DNA of 64,000 nucleotides, taken from assembly GCA_016748015.1 (NCBI GenBank), contig JAAOMT010000322.1, positions 62,001 to 126,000 on the forward strand, read 5' to 3'. This DNA comes from Geosiphon pyriformis uo1 (Eukaryota; Fungi; Glomeromycota). The notes under the pieces are model-generated. The model saw only the letters and a list, made by a program, of their open reading frames with translations. It did no database searches and had not been told where the DNA came from. A program made the translations under genes and the position numbers. Below, piece by piece: positions 24,907-39,431 of this stretch (the stretch's first letter is position 1; each line of letters begins with the position of its first letter).

Positions 24907-27900
24907 ATGTCCATTAATAAACCGGCATTTCAAAGGGATCTTTCTTCAAATTTGGATGCTGACGAACTATTTGTCAAACACAGCATACCAGAATTACGCG
25001 CTTTAGAGAGAAAGACGAGGTAGCTGATAGTGTCAAATTTAGGCCTTTACCATGTTTCATTCATTTTCAAAATCCCTGAGTTAACTTAACTTTGAAACCT
25101 TCCTTTTACCTGACTTAAGAACTGACATTGAGAACAAAAAGCAAGAACTCCGGTTAATGGTCGGGTGAGTTTCAATTAAAAAGAGAAAGGTTTTTAAAAT
25201 TATTTTTTCTTCTGAATAGTCTGGTAACCTGATCCTCTATATGTTCTATTCAAGTGAGCGATATCGGGACTTGATTGATGCCGCTGATTGTATAGTCAAT
25301 ATGCGGAAGTGTGCCCTGTCAATTCAAGAAGAGCTCAATCATATGCACGAATCTTGCAATGTTAATGAGTTAAAAAGTATTGTTGGCAATCAAATCGATG
25401 AAGATAAAAAGGGCACTAAAGGTATTATGATTGATCTGAGAAAGTGTACTGAATATTTTGAAATATGATCTCTCATTGATCCAGTTCATTATATTTTAAA
25501 TTCTTGTCTATAATTTTTCGCTTTAAATAATAAGTATCATAATCTGAATAAAATTTTCTTGGATAACATAATTAGATGATAAAAAATATTATCTTTACTC
25601 ATCGGCTGCTCAAATTAAGTTGCTTGTAGATGTTCCTGAACAGGTATGTTGCAAATTGCATGTCAAATTTAATATCTGATTATCCCTTTAAAAAAAGTTC
25701 ATTTAGGACTAATGGATTCTCACCTACAGATTTGGCGGTCATTAGAAAATCATAAATACCTGAATGCTAGCCGCTTATATCTCATAGCTAAACTTGTATA
25801 CAAAAATCTTCAAGCTCACAATGAGGATGCTCCATTCAGCGTTTCGGTATTCGTCTCTCAATATGAAAACTTGATTTTTTATGATATATAGTATCCTAAT
25901 ATACATATTACATTAGACCACGTTTCCTGTTGTACAGCGTCAATGGGATGCTGTTAGTCACTTCAAAACACAAATCCTTCAAAAAGCCACAAACTTCTTG
26001 AAGGTACTCAATCAGTCTGAACAGGTAACTAATTATTTCTGACATAGTTACTAAATCGTTTCACTTTGAAATTACAGCTAATTACTTTTTAATGGTTAGA
26101 GCTTGGCAGAAACTCTGAGTTCAATCATGCTCTTGGATGATGTCACGATGAAAGATGTCTTTAAAATCTACCTCGAGACGCGTACTTCACTTTTACTGCA
26201 TTCGTTTCAAATTGCTTTAAGCAACGAGAAGCTGACTATCGTTGATCGTATAAAAGAAATGGTTCAGATTGTTCATGCCACCATCTTTCAAGCTGGCTTA
26301 GTCTTCATACGCGCTGGTCAAGATCGATCACTATTCGAGTCATATTTGTATCAATTACAGCAAGGATTTACAATTCAAGAAGATACCAATCCAAAATCAG
26401 TGGCATTAATGTCTTCGAGAGAGTCAAGATCTTCGTTAACGCGCTTGTATTCTCCTTCGACAAATATCCATTTACTTATACGTTATTTGCCTGAATCCAT
26501 TCAAACTTTCACTCCTTTTTTACACACGTCTGGTACTCGAGGACAATTTCCCCAAGAAGATATCAGGATGCGAATGAATCTTTGGACTGATCTTGTGGTT
26601 GAAGAGTTTTCACAAAAATTGGGTTCTTTATTAAAAAAATTTCCTTCGGCGACTGATTTACATGAATTAAGAAATATTATTTGGGAAATATTAAAGGAAG
26701 ATGAATCTAGTAATTATGGGGACTTTACCTCTACTGAATTGACGAATGGGCGAGTCCACCGAACTAGCCTGGGCTTTATTCTGACTGTACATAAGACAAG
26801 TTGGTCTTGGAGTTTTGTAAGTATTTCTGTATAATTTTTGGAATTTTGGAATTCTTGTTGTTTAACGTCACTTAAATTACATTTTAATAGGTTTGCAATC
26901 TTGTTCTTAATAAATCATTCTCGATTTGGAATGACTTATTGAGAAATGGCTTTAATCAAAGATTTCAAGATATTATTCTCTCTGCCTTCACCCGATTATC
27001 GAATCATCCTGAAGCTTTACTTCAACCTCGTCTATCACAAATCGATGATCTTGAAAATGAAGGTAAATTCTCTATCCATTATGGTCACTCAATGTAAAAT
27101 ACGTTTTCTTATTGATCCTACTCTATAGATCGAGACATTGGAAAATTTACTTGGGCTCAGCCTAATTTTAATGTATCAGACATTAATAAGCATCCTGGGA
27201 ATGATACTGCTGTTGCGTTCAAGAATCGCGCCCAAAATCTTGTATGCTCTCAGACGTCTTGTGTATATGACACAAGGAAAGCTTTCGATCAGATATTAAA
27301 AAATATACTTTCTGATTTGAAAGACACATTCTCCTTGGTCCACTCAGAAAACAAAAGCGCTGAAATCATTTTGGATCCTACCGAAGGAGGTAAATTGTTC
27401 TACGCTTTCAGGTAAATGCAAATGCTAGTAAAACTCGAAACGCAGGTTATTGACAGATTGAGCCAAACGTCACTTATCTTTATCATAGCGATACCGAAAA
27501 TCTTTTTTCCTTTTTTCAGAACGCGTTTATCAAATCGGTGGAATTGTATCGATCAAAACTTGAAAATTTGTTGAATAATAATATCGAGCCTATCAGACGC
27601 TATGACGATTTAGACGATTCGGAGGCTATTAGTGTTTTTTGTGAGTTTTCATGCTTAAGACATAACTTGCTCATACTTATTAACTCAATTTTTGTTTTTA
27701 TTGGTCGCATAGCCAAGAGATTGTTGATCGCACGCGTTGCACAAGCAATCGCTTGTGATTCGATCTATTTGGAAATTGCTTTAGCTTCAAACACACTGCA
27801 TGGGGAGTTCAGTATTGGAGACTTTCCTCGAAGAACATCTACTTCTGGTAATAAGTCGTGATCACTTTACGCAAACCATTTTTCGACGCAAACCCATGTA

Positions 27901-29090
27901 CACTAATAATGCTTTTTCAAAACTCTTTTCTCTATTGGAATAAGTTGATCAAAGGGTTATAGCTTTACGACGAATGCTAATTGATGTTTACATATCAGCA
28001 CATCAACCCTGGATTGAATGGGTTGTGGTTAAGGGAGAAAAATCCTTTGAAAAAATTTTTCTTAATTCCCCATGGAACGAAACGAAGATGCAAACACTTA
28101 TTTGGGAAGGTAATAAAGATTAATTTCTAATTAAAAACATAATATTACTACAATCCGAGAATTTCCTTTTACTTTAGAGGTGTCCTCTCTAGATCAAGCC
28201 AATGAGAGCACCTTAGATGATCCAGAGAAAATAAAATTGCCTTCGCAGCCTTCAAACGGTCTCATGAATTGTCTTTTCAACATATGTCAAGAAATAAATC
28301 GTGTCGGGAGCCAGACATTGAATAAGGTAAAATAAAATAAATTGTTTATCAACTATTGCTTTTTGTTCCAAGGCCAATATCAGAGTATTTATCAATTCTG
28401 CCTCTAACATTTCCGGTACCACTTGACGAAAAAGTCAGTAATCAACATTTTACTGGTCAAACTATCCAGATCAATATTTAGCCAGTTTCAATTTTTTATC
28501 AATGATTCGCATCAATTTCACCACGTTTCAGAAAAGGGTGCGATTCAAATGCTCTTTGATGTCAAGTTTTTGAGCAAGATATTCGAAGGGTCTTTGTCCT
28601 TTGATCATGACCTTCAGCAGGATGAGAATAACCAAGACATATCAACCAATAATTTAGAGCAACAATCAACACAAAAAATGATTACAGAAGTCCTGCAGAG
28701 GATTAAAATGAAGGTAATTTGGCTGATTTTATTACAATTATCTTTTATAAATTCAATAATAACAGTCCTTTGTCATTAACAACAGATTGATCCAATCGAC
28801 TTAGCTGTTTTTGAACCTTATTTAAACAAAAATGTCGATCGACATTATACTCGCACCTCGATTTTACTAGCGTTGCTACAATTAAATCCTAAAGTGTTGG
28901 ACATGTAAGCATTACCAATTTGTTTCAAGTATTTTTTCATAAGGATTTTGTTCATCACAGTTTGGCCTTCATTTCGCTCCTTAGAAGACGGAAAGGTTTA
29001 GCCATTCAAGATTATCACAATATTTTGGCTGTGGTCCCTCAGGCCCCTCGTTTCACGTTGTTACCCATTACTCAAGAGATTGGTCAATGA
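24907..29090 (+). CDS. COG1: Conserved oligomeric Golgi complex subunit 1 (Vps51/Vps67 N-terminal domain)
   Basis: DADELFVKHSIPELR..DIENKKQELRLMVG|ERYRDLIDAAD, KLLVDVPEQIW, QMLFDVKFL, IDPIDL, C-terminal PRFTLLPI; TGA at 29088-29090. Confidence 0.88.
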
Positions 29091-29325
29091 AACAAGGCTC
29101 GAGTTCATCAACCTTCATTAGAAGAATTCTATTTCCATTTAAATCAAGCTGAAACTGGTTGATTATCAACCAATACAAATTACGTCTTTATCAAGGGCAG
29201 AACCGAAGTATATCCAACATCTGTTATTTATTTTAAATATATTTTGACTTACTTTTTTTCTATCTATTCATTTTATGTGGTTGCAAAAACAAAAAATTAT
29301 CGTTATATTTTAAATTCTAAATAAG

Positions 29326-30986
29326 TTAATGCTCGGCTACAAATTTAACACCCTTTTCGATATTCTTTTTCAGTTCAGGCAAAGCCTGCGCGATGAGTTC
29401 TTTTTCGTAATCGCTGAGTTTCCCAAGGGGATAAATTTTTTCAGCGCCATTAGGACCCAACTCAACATTTGATGCAAAGTATTCGATACCATCAGGCGAG
29501 AAAAGGTCTGATTTTACATATGTTGGTTCGATCACGCCCTTCTCATTATTGACAAGGGCCCGAAGAAGAGAATTCGTGAATTTTGAAGCAGCATAGGCCA
29601 TTGATAGTGTGGCAGAACCAGTCCCTTTTCGGAAGATCAAAAAATGTCAGGTTGATGAAGCGACACCATGAAATGAATGAAGTGGTTGTTGCTTACCAGC
29701 TTTAGCTTTAACGACTTCGTCCCCCCCAAATTGAATTCGATGTGTCAACGCTTTTAGTTCTTCGTCGCTGAACTTGCTGTCTATTTGTGAAAGCAAAGGT
29801 ACAATAGTAACACCGGAATGCCCACCAACAACTGCAATTTTTTCTTTTCTTGGATCAGTGCCTTTCAGTTCCGCGACAAAGCATGATGCACGAACGTCAT
29901 CAAGTGTTGTGATACCAAATATTCTGTTCAGGATTTAAATTCAAAAAATTAGTAATGGATTAAAGCATTTGTAAAATTACAAGGCGTCAGGGAGAATGGG
30001 AGTAAGGCCTTGAAACATTTACTTGCGCTGATCATATATTCCATGTTTCTTAAACACCTCCGAGACGATGGGAACGGTAGAGTTAACGGGATTTGCGATG
30101 ATAGCTACAATTGCTTTTGGAGCATATCTAAATGGACAAATAAAGGATCGAGTTTTTTTCCACAAAATAATAAGAAATAATATTCTCAGAACTTACTGTG
30201 CAACGGAAACGGCCAAATCTCGTACGATACCAGCATTCGTCTATTATGAGTGAATGAACCACACGAATGTTAGTTCAGCATAATCAAAAGGCTGATCAAA
30301 CAAAGATATTGAAAACTTGAAGACTCAACATTAAAAAGATCATCGCGTGTCATGCCCGGCTTCCTTGGCACACCAGCAGGTATCACGACAATATGTGCAT
30401 CAGACAGTGTGTGTTTAAGGCCTTCATTTTCTCGAACATAGCCAGTAACCTATTTGTGATTCAATGGAATATCGAGATCATGAGGATGAAGAGCCATGGC
30501 TCCAATTGATTCTATCGAATTATATAACATTTTGGTGGTTCTCATAATTGATCTTTCAAACATAGATCAAAATATCTATATAATTATATTTCTAAAACAT
30601 TAACCTTGCTCTTTGTATTAATATGACTTAGGTCAGCAGCAACACCAGGGGTATTAACAATATCATAAAGCGCTAGATGCGAGATCAAGTCATTTTGTTT
30701 GAGCAGGAGAGAAAGAGGTTGGCCGATTCCACCTTTGAAAATTATTCAAAAAAGGTAAAGCATTATTATAAAATTTTACTACTGCTTTGACATTTAAAAT
30801 ATTGCTTACCAGCAGCACCAAGTACAGCAACCTTGGCAGCGTTCTAAAACGTGAATCCAAAGAGCTGTTAAAAACATCGTACGTTTCTGAAAAATTATAC
30901 ATAAATGAAGTACTTACTGTACCCACAGAGGAAGAAAAACTACGTCTGATTGCGCCAATAGTGGTAAATCGTCGAAAACCCAACAT
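29326..30986 (-). CDS. MDH1: Mitochondrial NAD-dependent malate dehydrogenase
   Basis: Presequence [20 protein letters not shown]; [64 protein letters not shown]. Confidence 0.96.
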
Positions 30987-31035
30987 TATGGAAAGCGGAC
31001 AGGAAAAGGAATCAATTGCCGTTGTCTCTGTATTG

Positions 31036-31044
31036 ATGAGTCAT
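31036..31044. promoter_or_regulatory. Perfect AP-1/Gcn4-type site ATGAGTCAT, 50 bp upstream of MDH1
   Basis: Exact motif in the sequence; function untested. Confidence 0.35.
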
Positions 31045-31672
31045 TGACTTAAATTTTAGAACTTTGAGATGTAATTGGTTAGTCTAACTTTGTATAATTG
31101 GACAGGATTTAATTTAATGGTAATGCCTTTTTTTTATTACTGCCTTTTAAATTATTATTGGACCGTGGTTATAAATAAAATAAATTGCGTTTATTCACGT
31201 GATAAAATCAAAGTTTTAATTTGAAATAGATTTTTCAATCTATTGAGGTTACAAGAAGGATCTCAATGGCTTTTGACTTTCAAGCCAGAGTAAAAGTCCG
31301 TAAGCATTTGATGTCTCATAAACCAATGCAAAGCACTTCTTTTTTCAGCGCTTGAAAATCATATTTTCGTCTTACTTGGGTTCCTTTTTTTTACTTTGGA
31401 ATTTGTGATTATCAAAGATGTGGGTTTGTATATCCTAAATGTTCTAAATATTTACATTGGAACTTTGGCCTTAATATAATCATAAAAATAAATATTGATC
31501 CCATTAAATTTTACAAAAATGACCTTCCAAGACATATAGATTGAAATGATTGCCATCCCCAGATTGAACCACTTAAATGATCAAAAATTTCCATTCGTAC
31601 TCAATGCGCTTCCTAATCAAAATTCAATTTTTCAAGCTATAGAAATCTCGACACTGATTCTTTATGGAGGTC

Positions 31673-33319
31673 TCACAATAGAATAGATATCCATTTTATG
31701 ATTCCGAAAAATATTCCTGAAACCAATAAAAATTGAACTGGTAGCGAGGAAGCAGGTTGAGATTCCACGTGAACAAGGTGAAAATTCCTTGATTGGGGGC
31801 TACTTATGGCAGTTAATAACTCACGATTGAGATGAGAAGTAAATTTCTAAAATATTTGAAATATGAAAATTAACGAGTCTATCATTTGCTCCAAACATTT
31901 TAAATTTTCACTTACTTTATCAGAAATATTTGTAGTGGAATTTGGTTTTATGGAATTTTTGTATTCCACAGATAAATTGTACTTTTCCTTCGTGATTTCT
32001 ACATTTTGAACGCTACCAAAGAAATCTGTTACAAGAACCTAAAAATTTAACGATAATATTGAGTTAGTTGAAATAAATTAAAAAGATGTTTGTAACATGA
32101 TTCGATCTCCCAACCTTTTCCAATGGCCTACGAAACAAATCATTTCTTACGCCAGGTGTGGAATGTATCAATATGTGATTGTATGAATTGAACAGATCTT
32201 GCAAAGTAGCTTTACTTTGCATATCTATTTTTTCCAAGAATTCAAGATTATAATAGGTAAATCGATCAATGACGGCAACTCCGATATCAGTGTCCATATG
32301 GTGCTAATTTTAGATTTTACATGGTGAGATTAAAATTCTCGGATATAAATAAATAATCGAGTAATAATTACAGAATAAGAATTTTCGCCAAATTCACTAC
32401 TTCCTGTGGCCAGAATATTAGGAGAATATATTTGGCTATACATGGTATTTGCTTGGCAAGTATCTATCATAAATAATATTTCATGATATCTTGTAGAGCC
32501 AGTAAAAGAAAGAATAAAGAATTATAATCGGTCAAGTAACCAAGTCCCCCCGATGTTTCATAAAAACCCTACTGACCTCCTTTTCTCCCACATTTGTTCA
32601 AAAGCATCGGCCAGATCAAAACTACTAATCTCTTCAGCATCTTGAAACTTTAAGAATTCATTTCCCCCATGTCCGGTCATGTAAACCAATATATTTGAAC
32701 GGTCATCAGATAATAACCGTTTTGAACGAGGGGTTTCAGGAGAAACGCGACCTATTGTATATTAATAAACTGAGTTTCAAAAGATCACCATATCTGATAT
32801 ACTCGATGCCTTTCGATTTACCTGTTAAAACCCGTATAAAGTTTTCAACGGTTACCTCATAACCACGGTAATCCACTTCCACATTATCACCATACAAATC
32901 TAAATGTCTCGCGGCATTATTAAAAACTGTTGCGGGAAATACATTTCGCGGATTACAAGCAACATCGTCAGAAAGCATTAAAATGATGTTCGAATCAGGA
33001 ATTCCAAGTCGTTTTACCGTTCGGTACATTGATAAAGTATTGGCCATGTGCCTGTAATTAAACCAGAATCTCGAGGTGCAGACCTAGATAAATAAGTTAT
33101 TTCAGACAAACGAAACTAAGTTATAAAGTTGAAGCTGGATTGTCTTAAAGGAAAAATCTTTACCAAAACGGCCCAATTATTTGTATGACCTGCTCCTCGA
33201 CTAAAGAATCCGTCAACATCATGCGGATGATTTGTTTTCACTATTAAATTTGAACTGGCGAAACAAGGAAAAAGGGACAATAGCAATAAGTTTAAAAAAG
33301 AAAGCTTATAGAGATTCAT
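31673..33319 (-). CDS. GPI8: GPI transamidase catalytic subunit (peptidase C13)
   Basis: Signal peptide, HTNNWAVLV|[16 protein letters not shown], catalytic YMTGHGG and IDTCQA, C-terminal TM segment ([20 protein letters not shown]); TGA at 31673-31675. Confidence 0.95.
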
Positions 33320-33592
33320 AGCAAAATATAAATAGTCAGTATTTTGCCTTTACTGATATTTGGCTTCAATTGTACAACTTTAATGATAAGAATCAGTCAC
33401 ATGAGATATCAGATATATCACTTTCTTATCCAAAAAAGTTTATATATAAATTTATTCTAGCCCCAAATAGTTCAAGTGCATTTGATTCTGAGTCAATAGT
33501 ATCACCATGTATCACAGATCTCATAATTTACAACTCTCTTAATTGAAGATGATTTCTCACATTAATTGTTTCAGTTCTTCGCTCAATAAAGT

Positions 33593-35998
33593 ATGGATAA
33601 ATCACAAAAATATGATCGTCAGCTTCGGTAAACTCCTCTCACGCTTATCTTCATATTTTGCTTGCTTTATAAAAGTTAAGCTGTTGTTCAAGTTTTAAGT
33701 AAAAAGTGCAACTGAGTTGTGTGGGGAAATAATGTCAATGAAAGTAACCTGAGACCTTTCTGCAGACTTTGGCAAGCCAATGGTCAGGTTGCTCTGGAAT
33801 CTTCCAAAGTCTGTTTGATAAATGGGACGGCGACGGGATGCGAAATTCTGAAAAATCTAGTTTTACCAGGTGGGTAACCGTTGTTGACCTTTTTTTATGT
33901 ATATGCGTACTAATACCACCCTAATCAACATCGAATTGTAGGAATTGGTTCCTTTACCGTTTTAGACAACAAACTGGTTGATGGAACAGATGTTGGAAAT
34001 AATTTTTTTCTGGACTTGGATAGTATCGGGTCCCCCAGAGCTGAGAGAGTGGCTGTTTTTTTGCAAGAATTGAATGAAGATGTCAAAGGATTTCATATGG
34101 CCGAGGTAAGTATAATATATTGAATGTGCAAATTCGACTTTTTCTGTAACTGGCTCTTTAGTTAATTATTTTGCATCCATGATTCATAGAACCCTATCAA
34201 TGTCATAAATAACAGGCCAGAGTATTTTCTACAATTTTCTTTGGTGATTAGTACTGAGCTACATGAAAAACCTCTACTGAAACTATCAGAAATCTTATGG
34301 AAGGCTAAAATACCCTTGGTAGTGGTTCGCACTGTCGGCTTCACTGGATATGTTCGCCTTGTGTTGCCTGAGCATGAGAGTATGCTTCGCTCTATATGCA
34401 ATTTTGAAATTTATCTTTTTGAGATTCGAACAAAACTCCATTTCTGTTTCAAATTTAAAGTCATTGAGACACATCCAGAAAATATTAATGACCTTCGGCT
34501 GGATGTTCCGTTCCCTGCATTGTCTAAGTATGCTCAAAGCATTGACCTGGATGCTCTTGACAATATGGATCATGCCCATATTCCTTATGTTGTAATATTA
34601 TTAAAATACTTGGAGCAATGGCGGAATTATGTAAATATTTTGCCATCAAAATTATTCAAAATCTTATCCTCATTCCTTTCCTAATCTAAAAAAATCATCA
34701 ACGTCAGCATGGACACCTACCTATAACATCGGCTGAGAAGAATACTTTCAAGCAAACCATAATAAATGGCAAACGTACTCCTGACCAAGAAAACTTTGAT
34801 GAAGCTTTGGCTGGAGTCTGGAAAGCTTGCTCTGTCACAAAGGTCTCTTCTTCAGTCGAGGAAATCTTCAAAGACCCAGCCTGTGAGAACATTACAGCGG
34901 AGGTATGTTCTGTGTTAAATTTAAAAGGCTGCAATTTTTATTTGATCATTCTAATTATAGTCGTCGAGCTTCTGGATCAATACTCGTGCTGTTCGTGATT
35001 TTGTTGCAAATGAAGGACATGGTTTGCTCCCATTGGCCGGTGCATTACCCGATATGAAAGCTGACACGACTAGTTACGTTTCATTGCAAAATATGTATGA
35101 ATAAAAGAATGTGCACTTGTTTGATCCTCGTTATAATTATCAATCTCATTAATCGCTTTTCTTCATCTTGATCCTTTTCTTTGTATTAGCTATCGTAAAA
35201 AGGCCCTAGAAGACGTTGCATCGGTTCGAGCTCGCGTAGATGATATATTGACTTTAATAGGAAGGCCACGAAATTTTATCTCAGATCAAGAAGTTGAAAC
35301 TTTCTGCAAAAATGCCGCTTTTATTCAGGTGATCAGATATCGTTCCCTTCAAGAAGAATACATAAATAACCCAAAGCGAACTGAGATTGGTAATTTTTAC
35401 ATTTTGCATATGATTATCCAACAAAAAATTATTGATTATAAATTTATTCAATGATTTCTTAGGCCAATGGTTACGTGACCCCGATGATAATATTGTACAT
35501 TATGTATTAATTAGAGCAATAGATCGGTTCTACGAAGCTCACCAACGTTATCCTGGTAATTTTTGCTTCATTCTTTATATTCTTAGAATATTTTGGAGAA
35601 AACTCATTTGTTTTTGATTTTATGTTCTCCATAGATGCCGCTACTTTAGATGATGAAGGTGAATCTGAATTTCATCTATTCAAAAAAACGGTGACCGCCT
35701 TTCTGAACGAATTAGGAATAAACACGTCTTTACCACATCTTGATGATTTTATCCACGAAATGTAAATTAGTCACTCTTTGAATGTTTCTTTATAATTTGA
35801 CATAAAAAAAAATTCAAGTATTTTTATCTTTTTAATAGATGTCGCGCCGGTGGTTCTGAACAACCAAATATTGCGGCATTGGTAGGTGGTATTGCATCCC
35901 AAGAGATCATCAAACTAATCACCAGTCAATATATACCGATAAATAATACCTGCATCTTTGCGGGGATCAAATCAACCTCTTCAACGTACATCCTCTAA
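33593..35998 (+). CDS. ULA1: NEDD8-activating enzyme E1 regulatory subunit (APP-BP1/NAE1)
   Basis: [12 protein letters not shown]|[67 protein letters not shown]; TAA at 35996-35998. Confidence 0.94.
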
Positions 35999-36399
35999 AA
36001 AGATCATAAAAATATAGAAGAGTGGATAGCATTGATGATGCAACTTGACCTTGAAATTCCAAATATATATGTCTTAGCAGTTGACTGGTAGTCTAATGTT
36101 GGACTATTATTTTTTAATTTTTCTTTGCGATTTCTCTATCATTCTGCTGCTGCAGTGCTTCAAGAAAACAAGCACGTAATACGAAAAATTAAGAAAAACG
36201 AACCATTCATCAATCACCTCGGGGGAGTATCAAGATCATTTGACAACCTCCGTGTTTTGAGAGGTTGGTTTGTTATAAAAAAAAGTAATCTAGTATGAAC
36301 TGTTAAGATTTCTAATTCTTGTTGTTACTGGAGGATTTGTTGCAACATATAATTAATTATCTGATTTTACATTAAAATTATGTTATATTAAATATCTTA

Positions 36400-37440
36400 A
36401 ACACATATTTTGCATTTATTTTATTAAATAAATAAATAATAGCATTTTATTATTTATTGAAAATTTATTATTGTATTTTATGGTATTATTATTTAAAAAA
36501 AGATCTTTAATTTTAATAATATTTTTAAATAAACAAAACAACAAATTTGTAGTTTTTCAAAATTAAAAACAGTATTTGTTTTATTAGTATTTTTATAAAA
36601 TTAATTATAAATCTTACCAAACAAACTATATTTTACAGCCAAAATTTTTTAAAATAATAATTTTAATTTAAACTTTTTATTATTAAAAGCAATTAAATAA
36701 AATATTAAAAATATAACAACAGTTTTACATAAGAAACAAAGTTATTAAAATAATTTATAACTATTTTAAATACAATAAACAACTTAAAAAAATAAATATA
36801 TTAAAAAAACAGTTTTACAATTAAAATTCAGATAATTAAACAAAAGTAGTATTAACAAAGTTAAAGTTTTAAAATAAACAAATTAAAAAATTTTAACTAA
36901 ATAATAAAAATTTACAAAAATATTTTTAATATTATTGTTTAAAATTATATATATAATATAACTTTTTTTATTTTTACAATTGGTAAAATTTAGTAAAAAT
37001 AATTATATAAAACAATACAATTATTTGTTAATTGTTTTTATTTTAATAAATACATAGTTATTATTTAAATTAAAAAAAGTATTATTATTTACAATTAAGT
37101 TAAAATTAAATATTATAATTAATATTAACAATACAAAATTAATAAAACACAAAAAAAAACAAGTTTTAAAATAATAATTGTGTTATCAAAATTAAAAAAA
37201 ATTTATTATAAAAACAATGAAAAAAAAAAGTAATAATAACATTAAAATTAGTTTTAATATATTATTTATAAAAATAAAAATTTAAAAAATTTCTTTCTTT
37301 TTTATGTCTAAAATTTTCCAAAAAACATTTTTTTTTATAAAAAAAGTTTTTTGTTTTCTTGTTATTTTTATTTAATATTTCTCTAATTAATAACTTCTTT
37401 GTTGTGGACTTAAAAACTGCTTTAAATAATAGCATATTTA
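36400..37440. repeat. Extremely AT-rich hypermutated repeat relic (~9% GC in the sampled part)
   Basis: 26 G+C in 36841-37140; nearly all remaining C are in ApC and G in GpT. Confidence 0.7.
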
Positions 37441-39260
37441 AAAAAAAGATGTTTAAAAATGTTTTTTATGATCCTGTTAGTGGTTTTTTCTTTTAGAAAA
37501 AGAAGATTATTCTAAGTAATATTAAACATTCTGATAATAATAAAATTAACATTAATTATTTTCTTGCTGTTGGTCTTATTGTAATTTTCAGCAATTTCAT
37601 TTTCAATGTTTTGAAATTCTACAATAGTAACAACTTTACAATTGGTTATTAGATAATAATAGGTAATTGCTTCGGTTTTATTATTATGATGGCTAGTATT
37701 TTTGTGATTGCTGCTGTTGCTGTTGGTTTGTAAAATAGTTTTCAACTTTTTTAGTCAATTAATCAATTATTTTTTCAGCTGCTAAGCTGGTTTTTTCAAT
37801 TGCAAGATTTACAAGTTTTGTATAATTGGCTTTTTATAGTTATTTTATAATTTTTAGCATGTTAAATAACTATAGTTAAGTTTACTAAAGCATGTGGTTG
37901 AACTTTCTTAATAGGTTTGTCTTTCAATCCTGCAATAAACTAATCCAAAATTTGGGTATTGAAGTAGTAGTTATTGGTTTTCAATTGTTAAATTTGTTAA
38001 AAAAGTTTGCTGAACTTTTTAAGATAGATTATAATAGTTTTAGATAATTTTTGTTTAATATTGTGAAAGTAATTTCGAAAAATAATAGAGATGTTGTTAA
38101 TAAATTGTTTCAAAAAAGTATTTTTAAATGTTTGCCAGTTTTTGAAAAGTTTGGCCAAGTTTTCAAACTATTTTTTTGTTGTTTTTTGAAAAAAGTATGA
38201 AATTGCTTTTAACATTCTTACTGTATTGCATCCATTCACATCTCTTGTTTTCTAGACTTTGTCAAGTCATTTTTGTGAACTGGTATTAGCATCTTTTTTA
38301 ATAAATTTAGTAATTTTTGTTATGTAAGTGGTTGCTATGTCTTTTGTATTTTTATTTTCAGTAGTTTTTTCTTCTGTAGATTCAAAAACGTCTTTGTTGT
38401 TATTAGAATGATTGCTTTGGTTTTCTGCTAAAAAATCAAGAAGATTAGTACTAGTAAAATTTTGTTCAGACTGTTGTATTAAGTTTTTTGATAATGTAAA
38501 ATTTTTTAGTCTTAAGAAATAGTTAAGTGGTAAATTTGGTATCTAAGCTTGAGCAAGTAAAGCTGGAAAAGATGTAAATAAAAATAGTGATTTAGAACTA
38601 ATTCTTTGTTCTAATGTCTGCAAATATTGAAAAGTTGTTTTTAGTATATTAAGTGTTGTATGAATTGGTTACATATTTTTTTATTTGTTTTTTTCGCTTG
38701 TTTTGGATTTAGACTTAAGTTCAAAAATAAATTGTGAATTGGCAAGATACTTTTTTTCACAAAATGTGATAATATTATAATCAAGTTCTTCAAAATAAGT
38801 AGCAAAACTATTAGCACTAAGGTTTTCTGAGTTTTTATTTGAATAGTAGATGAGATTTTCAAGATTTTACTTGAATTCTGTAATATTGTAGTCTCTAAAA
38901 AAATATTTGTTGTTTTGGTTTTTGATATATTAAAAAAGTGTTTTCTTAAAGAATGTAATTTTATCTTGGATTTCAAATTGTTGTTTGCAGTAAATGTAAA
39001 TTAACTGATAGTACTTTAGAGTTGTTATGTCTGATGCAATTATCACTTTGAAGTTGTTATTATTGTGTTATTTTTATAAAGAAAACACCAAATATTACTT
39101 GAGATTTTTGGTCTTTTTTTTTATATAGTGTTAATGCTTATCTGCTGTAAATTCACGTTTTTGGAAGTAATTGAACCTCTGATAACTGAATTTATTTTCA
39201 AATTATCTTTTATAATTTGAACTGTTGGATTTATAAGTTAAATATCTAATTTTGTGCCAG
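37440..39260 (-). mobile_element. Degenerate Ty3/gypsy LTR-retrotransposon gag with a CCHC zinc knuckle
   Basis: Minus-strand translation NTQILD*FIAGLKDKPIKKVQPHA (capsid C-terminal F.GL motif) at ~37890-37960; CYYCRISKH*K*NC (Cx2Cx4Hx4C) at 37591-37632; many in-frame stops. Confidence 0.8.
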
Positions 39261-39398
39261 TTGTTTTGTATAATTATATTGTAGTAAATATCAAATCTTT
39301 TTCAGGAATTGCTTGTCTAAAAGCTTACCAAAATATGTAGTTACTTTGCTGTAAAAGTCAACTCTTCTACTAGAATCTTATTTGTAGACTATCTTAAT

Positions 39399-39431
<33 letters not shown>

